Origin: an uncultured Bacillales bacterium
Lineage (GTDB): Bacteria; Bacillota_I; Bacilli_A; RF39; UBA660
DNA: 50,722 bases
Direction of reading: 5' to 3'
NCBI GenBank assembly: GCA_946615975.1
Contig: CAMOID010000004.1
Location: 1-50,722, forward strand
Shown here: positions 28,744-39,510 of the stretch, one piece after another
How the letters are laid out: every line of letters starts with the position of its first letter
Position numbering within the stretch: the stretch's first letter is position 1
Program-made: the position numbers and the translations under genes
The notes under the pieces: model-generated
What the model was told of the DNA's origin: nothing
Seen by the model: the letters and a program-made list of their open reading frames with translations, nothing else
Databases searched by the model: none

Positions 28744-31700
28744 AGCATCCTGAAACTTGCTTATTTAAATAGCCTGTTTTACCAGCAAAGTAAACAGTTA
28801 TTTGCATTTTATAGCTTCCAGTACATTGTAAACTTGTTCTTGGTATTTCATTACCATCTAATATGAATTTAGTAGAAGTAATCTTAGCTCCATCAATAGA
28901 AGATACTGATTTACCGTTTATTGTTACATAGTCTTCTAATTTCATATTTTTTACATCACTTACTCTTAATCCACCTGTATATCCAACAGTAATATTACTT
29001 ATTGTTTGATCTCCAGAAGCTCCTGTATCACCAGAAGAATTTGGATTAATTGTACATTCTTTACCATTAGACATATTTGCTATGAAGTTTCTATAACTTG
29101 CTTTAACAATGAATCTAGTAGGTGTACTAAATTGTACGTTTGTTGTAAATGTTGTATTAGTAGTAAATCCTATTTCTTGAGCACCAGCAGATGTTACCAT
29201 ATATACTCTGTATCCGAAATCTCCAAATACTGAATTATTATAGTTAACTCTTTCTTGATAATATTTTTCAGCCCAAGGTTTATATGCTGATTTATCATTA
29301 CTGAAATAATCTCTTAAATATTGATCATTCTTTTGATCTGGAAGTGGAGCAGCATCCCAAGATAATGTTACGCTTGTAGCAGTACTTGTTGCTCTTAAAT
29401 TATTTATATCTCCTAATTTAGAGAATCTAGTAGAAGTTTCAGTTGGAACTGTTCCTTCTTTAAAATATGCTTGTTCTTTTAAATTATCAGGTGTGTAATC
29501 ACTTGCTAATTGAAGTGGTGAAGTACCTAATTCAACTGTTGCAGTTTTAACACTTGCAGGTTTATTAAATTTAGCATTTGCTGGATGAGCGATACTTGCT
29601 AATTGTTTACCAATACTATTACGAGCAGTACCACCTTCACTTGATAATAAGTAATGATCTGAATCAATTGATGGATATCCATACCATAATGCAACTACAG
29701 CTCCAGAAGAGTAGTTAACTTCCCAAGAGTCTCCGATTACATTACCTTTAATTCCTAATGCTTTAAGTGTAGCACTATCTACTGTAGAAGTACCTGTCTT
29801 AGCAGCAACTTCAGCACCATTAGCTTTACCTACATTAATAGTTCCACCAGTAACGGCATATCTTAATGCAACTGTAACTAAATATGCAGTTCCTTCATCC
29901 ATTACTTGTACTTTTTTAGGAGTGAATTCATATTCTTCTCCTGTATCTGAATAAACAACTTTAGTAAATGTATATGGTTCAATATATGTACCACCTCTTG
30001 CAAATGCACCATATGCTGATGCAGCTTCAACTGGAGATACACCTTCGAAACCACCAATTGAACATGTTTCTAATACACGTCCTTTTATATCTTGTGGAGT
30101 TTTCGCTGATAGGTTTTCACCTCTAACATCAGTTTCAGGTCTCCATCCTAAATTTGTAGCAAATTCTAGTTTTTGTTCATTTGTAGTTTGTTGGAAAGTA
30201 TATAGGGCAGGGATGTTTCTTGATCTTGCTAATGCAGCTTTTGCAGTAGTAACACCATCAAATTTATTATCCCAGTTTTTAATCTTTCCACCACCTGAAT
30301 AAGTATATTCATCATCTATTACTGTATTTGATGTAGACCATCCTAAATATTCAAATGCAGGACCATAATCTAATACTGGTTTAGCAGTTGAACCTGGGTG
30401 TCTATGAATATCAGTAGCATAATTATAACCACGTTCTATCTTATTTAAGTTTCTACCTGTTCCTATAGCAACAATAGCACCAGTTGGAACATCTTCAATA
30501 ACCATACCTAATTCAGAATATTCGTTCTTAAATTTGTATGTTTCATATATATTATTTAATGATTTTTGTTTTTCTGGATCTAGAGTAGTATATACAGTCA
30601 TAGATACTAAATCTGGATTATTACCAGTTTTATCTTTAACATCAGCAACAACTGTATCTATAAATCCAATATATTCAGATAAACCTGCATTTTTAATACC
30701 AACTAATAAATCTTTTATATTAACTGATTTAGCAGCTTCATATTCTTCCTCAGTAATATATCCATGTCTTAACATTAATCCTAATACTTGTTGACGTCTA
30801 TTTTCAGCTCTTTCAGGATATACATATGGGTTATATGCTGATGGAGCTTGGAACATACCAGCTATCATAGCAGCTTCAGCTAAGTTTAAGTCTGAAACAT
30901 CTTTACCAAAGTAAATCTTACTTGCTTGTTCAACACCATATGAACCAGCACCTAAGTTTGGAATATTTACATAGAATTCCATGATTTGTTCTTTTGTATA
31001 TTGTTTTTCAAATACGAATACTGATAAATAAATATCGGTAAACTTTCTTACAATACCAGCTATACCATGAGATTCAGTATTTGTAGCAGCGTTCTTTGAA
31101 ACTTGCATTGTTAAAGTAGAACCACCACCTGAATCTGAATGTCCAAGTAATTGTCCAAATGCAGCTTTAGTAAAACGAGCAATATCAACACCATTGTGTT
31201 GGAAGAATCTTGAATCTTCTGTAGCTATTATTGCATCTACTAATACTTCTGGAATTTCATCATATGTAACTTTTTCTCTGTTTTCAGATCCAAGTCTTGC
31301 AAATTCATTTCCATCTTTATCTAAAAGAATAGTTGAATTTGATTTATATAATCTCTTTTCATTGATTTCTGGTGCAGTAGCAATTACGTAAATACATAAA
31401 GCAACTAAGCATGAGAAACCAGCGATTAAACCTAACATTATAATAATTAATAATCTATCTTTCCAAGTACCATACTTGACTCTTTTTGCAAATCTTTTCA
31501 TATCGTATCCTATCACCTTAGCTCTATTAACAAAAAATGCAGGAATCCATAATAAGAAGGATGTATTTCTATATTTGATTTTCTTTATATCTGTATAATT
31601 ATCTGCATTAAGTAAATATTTATTTTTTTCTTTTTTAGATAATTTAGATAAATCAATATCATCTTCCTTAATTGATTCTTGTTTAACTTTTGTTTCTTTT

Positions 31701-32284
31701 TTCTTTTTATCTTTTTTATCCTTTTTATTCTTGGATTTTTTAGTAGACTTAATATCGTTTATTTTAGTCTTAACACTATTATACAATTTTATTGATAATT
31801 TTTTAATACCCTTTATTAGATTTAAGAATATTTTACATATAAATATACCTAATAATTTAAAGAAATTACCGATAGAAGAGAGTACTTTAACTGTTTTAAC
31901 TTTAACTTCTTCTTTATCTATTTTTATTTCTTTTGCTTTTTTTGCTTTATCTAATTTCTTTTTAGGTTTAGTACTAACTTTTTTATTAGTTGTCTTAGTT
32001 TTTTTAACCTCTTTTTTATCTTTAGTAGTTGTTTTCTTTGTTTCTTTTTTCTTTGTTTCTGTTTTTTTCTTTGTTGTTTTAGTAGTTTTTTTCTTAGCAG
32101 TACTTTTTTTAGTTGTAGTCTTTTTTACTTTTTCCTTTTTAATAGGAGGATCTGCATCTTCAAGTACTTTTATAACAACTTCTTCTTTAGGAGGTTTTAC
32201 TTTTTTTGTTTTTGTTGGTTTCTTTATAGCATTAATGGATCTTTTTATATCAGCAGATTTTATTTTTGTTGATTTTTTTACCAT
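28742..32284 (-). CDS. ponA: class A penicillin-binding protein (PBP1A) with Lys-rich N-terminal extension
   Basis: IATEDSRFFQHNG, GGSTLTMQ; STAK, SRN and KTG transpeptidase motifs; C-terminal FN3-like domain; directly follows recU as in Bacilli. Confidence 0.88.
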   Translation of the reverse strand: MVKKSTKIKSADIKRSINAIKKPTKTKKVKPPKEEVVIKVLEDADPPIKKEKVKKTTTKKSTAKKKTTKTTKKKTETKKKETKKTTTKDKKEVKKTKTTNKKVSTKPKKKLDKAKKAKEIKIDKEEVKVKTVKVLSSIGNFFKLLGIFICKIFLNLIKGIKKLSIKLYNSVKTKINDIKSTKKSKNKKDKKDKKKKETKVKQESIKEDDIDLSKLSKKEKNKYLLNADNYTDIKKIKYRNTSFLLWIPAFFVNRAKVIGYDMKRFAKRVKYGTWKDRLLIIIMLGLIAGFSCLVALCIYVIATAPEINEKRLYKSNSTILLDKDGNEFARLGSENREKVTYDEIPEVLVDAIIATEDSRFFQHNGVDIARFTKAAFGQLLGHSDSGGGSTLTMQVSKNAATNTESHGIAGIVRKFTDIYLSVFVFEKQYTKEQIMEFYVNIPNLGAGSYGVEQASKIYFGKDVSDLNLAEAAMIAGMFQAPSAYNPYVYPERAENRRQQVLGLMLRHGYITEEEYEAAKSVNIKDLLVGIKNAGLSEYIGFIDTVVADVKDKTGNNPDLVSMTVYTTLDPEKQKSLNNIYETYKFKNEYSELGMVIEDVPTGAIVAIGTGRNLNKIERGYNYATDIHRHPGSTAKPVLDYGPAFEYLGWSTSNTVIDDEYTYSGGGKIKNWDNKFDGVTTAKAALARSRNIPALYTFQQTTNEQKLEFATNLGWRPETDVRGENLSAKTPQDIKGRVLETCSIGGFEGVSPVEAASAYGAFARGGTYIEPYTFTKVVYSDTGEEYEFTPKKVQVMDEGTAYLVTVALRYAVTGGTINVGKANGAEVAAKTGTSTVDSATLKALGIKGNVIGDSWEVNYSSGAVVALWYGYPSIDSDHYLLSSEGGTARNSIGKQLASIAHPANAKFNKPASVKTATVELGTSPLQLASDYTPDNLKEQAYFKEGTVPTETSTRFSKLGDINNLRATSTATSVTLSWDAAPLPDQKNDQYLRDYFSNDKSAYKPWAEKYYQERVNYNNSVFGDFGYRVYMVTSAGAQEIGFTTNTTFTTNVQFSTPTRFIVKASYRNFIANMSNGKECTINPNSSGDTGASGDQTISNITVGYTGGLRVSDVKNMKLEDYVTINGKSVSSIDGAKITSTKFILDGNEIPRTSLQCTGSYKMQITVYFAGKTGYLNKQVSGC

Positions 32285-32299
32285 ATATAATTTACCTCC

Positions 32300-32854
32300 T
32301 TAAAAATGTTTTTTATCTAATGCTTTAATATAATCTAGTCTTGGTTTTATTTTAGTTTCTATTTCAATTCCTTTTTCTTCTATATAAGAATATGGAATAG
32401 ATTGTCTATCATTATTTTCTTTAAAATCTATAATATCTTTACCATCTAAGTAATAGTATTTATTATTTATAGATATTATTAAGAATGTTATACCTCCATG
32501 ATTTAATACATTTTTCATATGCTCATATTGATGATCATGTAGGTTACTAAGTGGAAATGATGTTTTTGATTTTGTTACTTTAGCATCAAAATCAACATAT
32601 TTACCTTTATAAAGACCATTGTAATCTAATGTAGATGGTTCTTTAAAGTATGCTTTAGTTATAACTCTTCCATGAGAATCAAATGAAGCATCTACTATAG
32701 TAATAGGAGTAGGCTTCTTATATATTACTGCAATATCTTCTTGTAAGTAGTATTCATTAGATAGATTTATTAGTTCTTCTAAATCCATACCACGGTTAGA
32801 ATAATTAACAGTTTTTTTATAACTTGATTTTGCTTTTCCTGGATAATTAATCAT
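32300..32854 (-). CDS. recU: Holliday junction resolvase RecU
   Basis: MINYP start, NRGMDLE, KKPTPI, STLDYNG, DFDAK; adjacent to ponA. Confidence 0.93.
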   Translation of the reverse strand: MINYPGKAKSSYKKTVNYSNRGMDLEELINLSNEYYLQEDIAVIYKKPTPITIVDASFDSHGRVITKAYFKEPSTLDYNGLYKGKYVDFDAKVTKSKTSFPLSNLHDHQYEHMKNVLNHGGITFLIISINNKYYYLDGKDIIDFKENNDRQSIPYSYIEEKGIEIETKIKPRLDYIKALDKKHF

Positions 32855-32904
32855 ATTTTCCACCAACATATATTATATATAAAAAAATACCTTTTTTCTA
32901 GTGT

Positions 32905-32933
32905 TTGCAATTAGTTTTAAAAAATATTATAAT
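32905..32933 (+). promoter_or_regulatory. sigmaA promoter for engB
   Basis: TTGCAA (32905-32910), 17 nt, TATAAT (32928-32933). Confidence 0.7.
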
Positions 32934-32957
32934 TAATTTATCGAAAGGGGCTAAATT

Positions 32958-33557
32958 ATGAAAATTGAAAGCTCAAATCTAGAAACTATTGCTGTTAGAA
33001 CTAGTCAATATCCAACAGATGGTAAAAAAGAATATATGTTATGTGGTAGATCTAATGTAGGTAAATCTTCATTTATTAATACTATATTAGGTAGAAAAAA
33101 TTATGCACATACATCTGCTAAACCTGGTAAAACTCAAACTATGAATTTCTATTTAATAAATGATGAATTTTATTTAGTAGATGTTCCAGGATATGGATAT
33201 GCTGATGTTTCTAAAGAAAAACAAAGAAAATTTGGATTTATGATTGAAGAATATATTAAAGATAGAAAGAATCTTCAATGTGTATTCTTAATTGTAGATT
33301 TTAGACATAAACCAAATGAAAATGATGTTTTAATGTATAATTTCTTAAAATATTATGAAATTCCTACAGTAATAATTGCTAATAAATTAGATAAAGTAAA
33401 AGCAAGTTCTAAAGAAAAGAATTTAAAAATATTAAAAGAAACATTAAAACTATTAGATACTGATCAAGTTGTATTATTTTCTTCAGTTACTAAGAAAGGT
33501 AGAGAAGAGGTATATAACATATTGTCAAGTTATCAAGGAGATAATGAAAAGGAGTAA
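32958..33557 (+). CDS. engB: ribosome biogenesis GTPase EngB/YsxC/YihA
   Basis: GRSNVGKSSFIN, PGKTQ, VDVPGYGYA, NKLDK. Confidence 0.95.
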   Translation: MKIESSNLETIAVRTSQYPTDGKKEYMLCGRSNVGKSSFINTILGRKNYAHTSAKPGKTQTMNFYLINDEFYLVDVPGYGYADVSKEKQRKFGFMIEEYIKDRKNLQCVFLIVDFRHKPNENDVLMYNFLKYYEIPTVIIANKLDKVKASSKEKNLKILKETLKLLDTDQVVLFSSVTKKGREEVYNILSSYQGDNEKE

Positions 33558-33582
33558 AATACTCCTTTTTTTATGTTATAAT
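33547..33582 (+). terminator. intrinsic terminator fused to extended -10 promoter
   Basis: AAAAGGAGTA/TACTCCTTTT stem over the stop, T7, TGTTATAAT (33574-33582). Confidence 0.8.
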
Positions 33583-33599
33583 TACAATAGGTGAATTAT

Positions 33600-34217
33600 A
33601 TGAATAATAAGGGTTTTACATTAGTAGAATTGCTAACTGTTATAGTTATAATTGGATTATTAATTGCTATAACTATACCAGCTACATCTAAGATAATTAA
33701 AGCATCTAAAGAAAAAGCTTACACTACTAAAATTGAATTTATAGAAAGTGAAGCTGCTTTATATGGTGAAACAAATTTGGATTATTTAAGAAAAGGTATG
33801 GACTTTGATACTGGTAAAACTAGTTTATGTGAATTTAGTGATAGTGAACGTCCTGTAGTTAACTATATTTCTAATTTAGATTATTCAGATAATATTCTAG
33901 ATGGTAGAACTAATACTTATTTATGTATAAAAATCAAAGTTAAAGATTTAGCTATAAATAAATATATTAATTATGATAAAGAAGATTTCTGTAGTAATAA
34001 TGCTAATTGTAATTCATCTAATGAAAATTCATATAATAATCAAGTTATAAATAATATGACAGAAGATATAATAAATGAATGTAATGTATATATTTATTAT
34101 AAGAATAATAGAGGATATGCTTACTTTGATAAAAAGAACTGTGATACTGTAGCATCAGATCCAAATCAAGCTAGTATTACTGGAAATTCATATAAAAGTA
34201 TAGTATGGTCTAAATAA
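33600..34217 (+). CDS. type IV pilin-like protein
   Basis: MNNKG|FTLVELLTVIVIIGLLIAITIP class III signal peptide with E5; six Cys in the head domain. Confidence 0.9.
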   Translation: MNNKGFTLVELLTVIVIIGLLIAITIPATSKIIKASKEKAYTTKIEFIESEAALYGETNLDYLRKGMDFDTGKTSLCEFSDSERPVVNYISNLDYSDNILDGRTNTYLCIKIKVKDLAINKYINYDKEDFCSNNANCNSSNENSYNNQVINNMTEDIINECNVYIYYKNNRGYAYFDKKNCDTVASDPNQASITGNSYKSIVWSK

Positions 34218-34272
34218 TTGCTATTTAGACCTTTTTATGTTAGTATATTAAGGCGTTTAAGGAGGGATTAAT

Positions 34273-35583
34273 ATGCGTAAAACTGTATGTTTAGTAGGTA
34301 GTCCAAATACAGGTAAATCTACTTTATTTAATAGATTATTAAATGAGAAAAAAGCTATTACTTCAGATATAGCTGGTACTACAAGAGATAGATTATATGG
34401 AATTGTTAATTATGGTGATAAATCTTTTTCATTAATTGATACAGGTGGTATAGATTTAGAAACAGCAGATTTCAATGATAATATTAAAGTACAAGCTGAA
34501 ATTGCTATTGATGAAGCAGATGTAATAGTATTTGTAGTAGATGGTAAACAAGATTTAACTACAAATGATTATGCTGTACGTGATATGTTACTTAAAACTG
34601 ATAAAAAAGTAATTGTTGCATGTAATAAATTAGATGATCCTAAACATGATGATTATATTTATAATTTCTATGAATTAGGTTTTGAGCATGTAATTGCTAT
34701 ATCAGCAGAACATAAAAGAAATATTGAATCTCTTCTAGATTTAATTACTGAAGATTTCAATGATTATACAACTGAACCAAAAGATGAAGTATGTAAGTTT
34801 TGTATAATTGGTAGACCTAATGTAGGTAAATCTTCTTTAGTTAATGCTTTATTAAATGAAGAAAGACAAATAGTTTCAAATGTTGCTGGTACAACAAGAG
34901 AAGCAAATGATACTAAATTTAGATATGATGGAGAAGATTATCTTGTTATTGATACAGCTGGTATGAGAAAACGTGGAAAGATATATGAAGAACTAGAAAA
35001 ATATTCTATTATACGTGGTATTAAAGCTATTGAAAGAGCTGATGTATGTGTACTTGTTATAAGTGCTGAAGAAGGTATAATTGAACAAGATAAACACGTA
35101 TTACAATATGCATTAGAAGCTGGAAAAGCTATTGTATTAGTAGTAAATAAATGGGATACAGTAGATAATAGAGATCAAGCTATTAAAGAATGGAAACTTC
35201 GTATGAAGAATGAATTCCAATTTGTTCCATATGCAGAAGTATTATTCTTAAGTGCTAAAGATAAAACTAGATTACATACTTTAATGCCTGCTATTATAAA
35301 AGCATATGATTCTTATACTAAAGAAGTTAAAACAAGTGTATTAAATGATGTTATAAGAGATGCTGTAGCATTACATCAAGCACCATCTTATAAAACTAAG
35401 AGATTAAAAATATATTTTGTATCTCAAACAGATACATGTCCTCCTAAATTTACTTTTAATGTAAATAATAAAGGATTATTACATTTCTCATATGAAAGAT
35501 ATTTAGAAAATAAAATAAGAGAATCTATTGATTTAGATGGAACTCCAATTATATTACAATTTAAGAATAAAGGTGAGGAATAA
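34273..35583 (+). CDS. der: ribosome biogenesis GTPase Der (EngA)
   Basis: Two GTPase domains (GSPNTGKST, GRPNVGKSS), DTGG, DTAG, SYERYLEN. Confidence 0.96.
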   Translation: MRKTVCLVGSPNTGKSTLFNRLLNEKKAITSDIAGTTRDRLYGIVNYGDKSFSLIDTGGIDLETADFNDNIKVQAEIAIDEADVIVFVVDGKQDLTTNDYAVRDMLLKTDKKVIVACNKLDDPKHDDYIYNFYELGFEHVIAISAEHKRNIESLLDLITEDFNDYTTEPKDEVCKFCIIGRPNVGKSSLVNALLNEERQIVSNVAGTTREANDTKFRYDGEDYLVIDTAGMRKRGKIYEELEKYSIIRGIKAIERADVCVLVISAEEGIIEQDKHVLQYALEAGKAIVLVVNKWDTVDNRDQAIKEWKLRMKNEFQFVPYAEVLFLSAKDKTRLHTLMPAIIKAYDSYTKEVKTSVLNDVIRDAVALHQAPSYKTKRLKIYFVSQTDTCPPKFTFNVNNKGLLHFSYERYLENKIRESIDLDGTPIILQFKNKGEE

Positions 35584-36518
35584 TGTTAAAAGAAAAAATA
35601 GATTTTAAAACTATTGCAATTATTCTTTTATGTATAGTAGTTATTATATTAGCTTTTTGTATTTCACTTTTAATCATGAATAACGTAAATAAAAGTTCTT
35701 CTAATAATACTGAAACTACTGAAACTACTGAAGTTAAAAGAGATGAATATCTATATGGTACTGTAAGTAAATTAGAAGCTGGTAAAGTATATTTTACTAC
35801 TGAAGATGGTGAAGAAGTTGCAGTAGATACTAATAATAACAATATTGAAATAGGAGACACTATTGAATATAAAGTTAATGATAAAAATGAAAAATATGGT
35901 TTTAGTTTAATAAAAGAAGTAGATGGTAAAAAACAATCATCTCAAATATATGAATATAGTGTTACTAATACTACTACTGCTAAAGTAGAAAATAATACTA
36001 CTAAAAAAACTGCTTATAAAGCTTCTGAAGAAGAAGTATTAGAATATATTGAACAAGAAAATAATACTTATTCATCATTAAATAATACTGAAGATAATAA
36101 AGCTAAAGCTAAAGATTATTTTGTTACTTTAATAGATTTTATCTTTTATGATAAACCTATAAAAGGACGTACTTTTAAAGAATTATCTAAAAGTGCTAAA
36201 AGAAAAGTTATTTATTATACTTTAAAAATAGATTCTATAATTGATAAAAATATACCTGGTTATAAAGATACTTTAAGTGATTCCTATAAAGTAGCTAAAA
36301 ATCAACTTATAGCTAAATATACAGATTTATCTATAGATGTATGTGCTAATAATAAAGATTTATGTGATGATTTAAAGAAAGATACTGAAGATTTAAAAAC
36401 ATCTTTAAATATTACATTAGATATTATTAAAGAAATTTATAATGAAATTATTAAACCATCAGGTACTGCTGGTATTAAAAAGTTAACTGAATGGTATGAG
36501 GTATGGAAAAATGCCTAG
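35583..36518 (+). CDS. hypothetical membrane-anchored protein
   Basis: N-terminal TM helix, Thr-rich linkers (TETTETTE), helical C-terminal domain. Confidence 0.7.
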   Translation: MLKEKIDFKTIAIILLCIVVIILAFCISLLIMNNVNKSSSNNTETTETTEVKRDEYLYGTVSKLEAGKVYFTTEDGEEVAVDTNNNNIEIGDTIEYKVNDKNEKYGFSLIKEVDGKKQSSQIYEYSVTNTTTAKVENNTTKKTAYKASEEEVLEYIEQENNTYSSLNNTEDNKAKAKDYFVTLIDFIFYDKPIKGRTFKELSKSAKRKVIYYTLKIDSIIDKNIPGYKDTLSDSYKVAKNQLIAKYTDLSIDVCANNKDLCDDLKKDTEDLKTSLNITLDIIKEIYNEIIKPSGTAGIKKLTEWYEVWKNA

Positions 36519-37134
36519 TTTTATAATTGATGGTATAGAGTATAAAGTAGAAATAAATAGAAAAAGAATTAAAAATATTAATTTTAGAATAGAAGATAAA
36601 ACTATAAGAGTATCATGTCCATTTATTTGTACAGATAAATATATTATTAATTTATTAAAAGATAATGAAAAAGCTTTAATAAGAATGGCTAAAAGATCTG
36701 AAAGACAAGAATCTAGAAAAGAAAAAGTATTATATCTAGGTCATGAATTAGACTATATTCAATATAAAAAAGTAATGTTTCAAGATAATATTGCATATGG
36801 TCCTTCAGTAGATAAAATAAACGAATATTTAGAAAAACATTCTATTAAAGTATTTGAAAAAAGATTAGCATTATATATTGATGAATTTGGTGATATTCCT
36901 GAATTTAGATTAAGAACTAGAAAAATGAAAACTAGATGGGGAGTAAATAATAGAAGTAGTAAAACTATTACTTTAAATACTATGTTAATACATTACAAAC
37001 CTGAATTAATTGATTATGTTATAGTTCATGAATTATCTCATTTTAGACATATGGATCATTCAGCTAATTTTTGGAATGAAGTTAGTAAACATTATCCTAA
37101 TTATAAGAAAGCTAGAAAGGAGTTAAATTACTAA
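36511..37134 (+). CDS. YgjP/DUF45-family HExxH protein
   Basis: RKMKTRWG, IDYVIVHELSH, HSANFW; ATG 36511 behind GAGGT. Confidence 0.88.
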   Translation: MPSFIIDGIEYKVEINRKRIKNINFRIEDKTIRVSCPFICTDKYIINLLKDNEKALIRMAKRSERQESRKEKVLYLGHELDYIQYKKVMFQDNIAYGPSVDKINEYLEKHSIKVFEKRLALYIDEFGDIPEFRLRTRKMKTRWGVNNRSSKTITLNTMLIHYKPELIDYVIVHELSHFRHMDHSANFWNEVSKHYPNYKKARKELNY

Positions 37135-37832
37135 TGATAGAATCTTTAAATAATGAGCGTATAAAAGAATATGCTAAATTAAATCAAAAGAAATATCGTG
37201 ATGATACTAATATGTTTATCATTGAAGGAACTCATTTAGTAGAAGAAGCATTTAAAAATAATATAGTAGTTGATGCTTTTTCATTAGATGATAAATATAC
37301 TAAAGTATCTGAAGAAGTAATGAAAAAGTTATCTAATTTAGATACTCCTCCTAAATACTTAGCTATATGTAATAAGATAGAAGAGAAGAATATAAATGGT
37401 AATGTTTTAATATTAGATGGAGTACAAGATCCTGGTAATCTTGGTACTATTATTAGAAGTTCTATAGCTTTTAATATAGATACTATTATTCTTTCTAATG
37501 ATTCAGTAGATTTATATAATACTAAAGTATTAAGAGCTACTGAAGGTATGATATTCAATATAAATATTATTAGAAGAGATTTAAATGAAATATTACCTAA
37601 TTTAAAAGATAAATATACTATTTATACTACAAATGTAGTAAATGGTACTAATTTAAGTGATATTAAAGTTAAAACACCATTTGCTTTAATAATGGGTTCT
37701 GAAGGAAATGGAGTAAAAGATAGTATTGCTTCATATGCTGATGAATCTGTTTATATAAGTATGAATACTAAATGTGAATCATTAAATGTAGGTGTTGCTA
37801 CTTCAATAATTTTATATGAATTTAGTAAATAA
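37134..37832 (+). CDS. TrmH-family (SPOUT) RNA methyltransferase
   Basis: DGVQDPGNLGTIIRS, GSEGNG, ESLNVGVA. Confidence 0.92.
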   Translation: MIESLNNERIKEYAKLNQKKYRDDTNMFIIEGTHLVEEAFKNNIVVDAFSLDDKYTKVSEEVMKKLSNLDTPPKYLAICNKIEEKNINGNVLILDGVQDPGNLGTIIRSSIAFNIDTIILSNDSVDLYNTKVLRATEGMIFNINIIRRDLNEILPNLKDKYTIYTTNVVNGTNLSDIKVKTPFALIMGSEGNGVKDSIASYADESVYISMNTKCESLNVGVATSIILYEFSK

Positions 37833-37861
37833 AAAAGCGAAGTAATTAATACTTCGTTTTT
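37833..37861. terminator. bidirectional intrinsic terminator
   Basis: A-run, GCGAAGTA/TACTTCGT stem, T-run between convergent genes. Confidence 0.75.
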
Positions 37862-37862
37862 A

Positions 37863-38234
37863 TTATTCGCATATTCTATATCCATCAGGATTTAATCTAT
37901 AGTAATGATGTGGTATGTTCATTGATGCAAATAAACATAGTAGAGCACATACAATCATTAAACCTATATTTAATAATCTAGGTTTTAATCTATTAGCTAT
38001 TTGAAAGAATAATAGACTAATTAAATAAATAATTGTAAATAATATAATACTTGTTACAACTATTTTAAAATATCTAGCATCATCTGCAATATATTCACAT
38101 ACGTCATTTTTATATAACATATACATTATATCATCTAGTAATCTACCCATATTATCTCTAAAGATAATAGGCATTACTGATGTACATACTCCCAACACCC
38201 TTAATATATTACTTGAATTAAATATTTTACTCAA
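37863..38234 (-). CDS. hypothetical membrane protein
   Basis: TTG start behind AGGTGA; three hydrophobic segments. Confidence 0.65.
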   Translation of the reverse strand: MSKIFNSSNILRVLGVCTSVMPIIFRDNMGRLLDDIMYMLYKNDVCEYIADDARYFKIVVTSIILFTIIYLISLLFFQIANRLKPRLLNIGLMIVCALLCLFASMNIPHHYYRLNPDGYRICE

Positions 38235-38344
38235 ACTACTTCACCTGTACTTATTATAATATAGAAAAATAAATAAATATAGTAATTATTGAAAAAAAAT
38301 ATAATAAAGTATATAATATAAAACAATTAAGAAGAGGGATTTAT

Positions 38345-38833
38345 ATGGAATTAGTAGTAGTTGGAAAATTAATTAATACTCACGGTTTAAAAGGTGAAGT
38401 AAAAGTTAAATCAGATTTTGAAAGAAAAGAATTAGTATTTAAAAAAGGTAAAAAGGTTATTATTGATGATACTGAATTTACTATTAAAAATTATAAAGAA
38501 TATAAGGGCGTAGATTTATTACAATTTGAAGGATATATTCATATTAATGATATAGAACAATATAAAGGTTATTTAGTTTATATTGATCGTGATAAATTAG
38601 ATCTTAAAGATGGAGATTACTTATATGCTGATTTAATTGGTATGAAAGTAGTTAATAATAAGGGTACATATGGTTCAATAGTTGATTATACTAATAATAT
38701 AAATCCATTACTTGAAGTTAACTATGATAATAAAACTTATTATATACCTTTAAAATCAGATTTTATAGAAAGTGTATCAGTTAAAGAAAATAAGATATAT
38801 GTATCTGATAGAATTGAGGAATTAATTATATGA
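38345..38833 (+). CDS. rimM: ribosome maturation factor RimM
   Basis: [24 protein letters not shown]; precedes trmD. Confidence 0.93.
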   Translation: MELVVVGKLINTHGLKGEVKVKSDFERKELVFKKGKKVIIDDTEFTIKNYKEYKGVDLLQFEGYIHINDIEQYKGYLVYIDRDKLDLKDGDYLYADLIGMKVVNNKGTYGSIVDYTNNINPLLEVNYDNKTYYIPLKSDFIESVSVKENKIYVSDRIEELII

Positions 38834-39498
38834 AAATAAGTATATTAAGTTTATTTCCTCATATGTTTGATGGATTCTTAAATGAATCTATTATTAAAAG
38901 AGCAATTGAAGATAAAAAAGTAGAAATAGAAATAATAGATTTTAGAGATTATACAGATGATCCACATAAGAAAGTAGATGATACTCCTTATGGTGGTGGT
39001 GCTGGTATGGTATTAGCTTGTCAACCAATTTTTGATTGTGTTGAAGCTATTAAAACACCAGATTCTAAAGTAATAATCATGACTCCTTCAGGAGTTCCAT
39101 ATAAACAAAAAATGGCATATGATTTATCAAATGAAAAGCATTTGATTATTATATGTGGACATTATGAAGGATTTGATGAAAGAATATTATCTCTTGCTGA
39201 TATGGAAATATCAATTGGAGATTATGTTCTAACAGGTGGTGAATTACCAGCAATGGTAATAACTGATTCTATAGTTAGATTAATACCTGGAGTTATAAAT
39301 GAAAGAAGTCATATAGAAGATTCTTTTAATGATAACTTCTTACTTGATTATCCAACTTATACAAAACCTGCTGATTATAAAGGTATGAAAGTACCTGAAA
39401 TATTATTATCAGGAGATCATAAGAAAATAGATGAATGGAGATATCAAGAGGCATTAAAAAAGACTCAAGAAAGAAGACCAGATTTGTTAAATAAGTAA
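38830..39498 (+). CDS. trmD: tRNA (guanine37-N1)-methyltransferase
   Basis: [33 protein letters not shown]. Confidence 0.97.
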   Translation: MKISILSLFPHMFDGFLNESIIKRAIEDKKVEIEIIDFRDYTDDPHKKVDDTPYGGGAGMVLACQPIFDCVEAIKTPDSKVIIMTPSGVPYKQKMAYDLSNEKHLIIICGHYEGFDERILSLADMEISIGDYVLTGGELPAMVITDSIVRLIPGVINERSHIEDSFNDNFLLDYPTYTKPADYKGMKVPEILLSGDHKKIDEWRYQEALKKTQERRPDLLNK

Positions 39499-39510
39499 GG
39501 TGGTGAGGTT

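Noticed and set aside
31731-32303. 190-aa Phe/Leu/Val-rich plus-strand ORF that looks like a membrane protein
   Set aside because: It is the antisense shadow of the Lys/Thr-rich PBP1A N-terminus; AAA codons read as TTT on the other strand
32576-32600. RecU motif reads DFDAK rather than DFEAK
   Set aside because: Conservative acidic change with other motifs intact; insufficient evidence of inactivation
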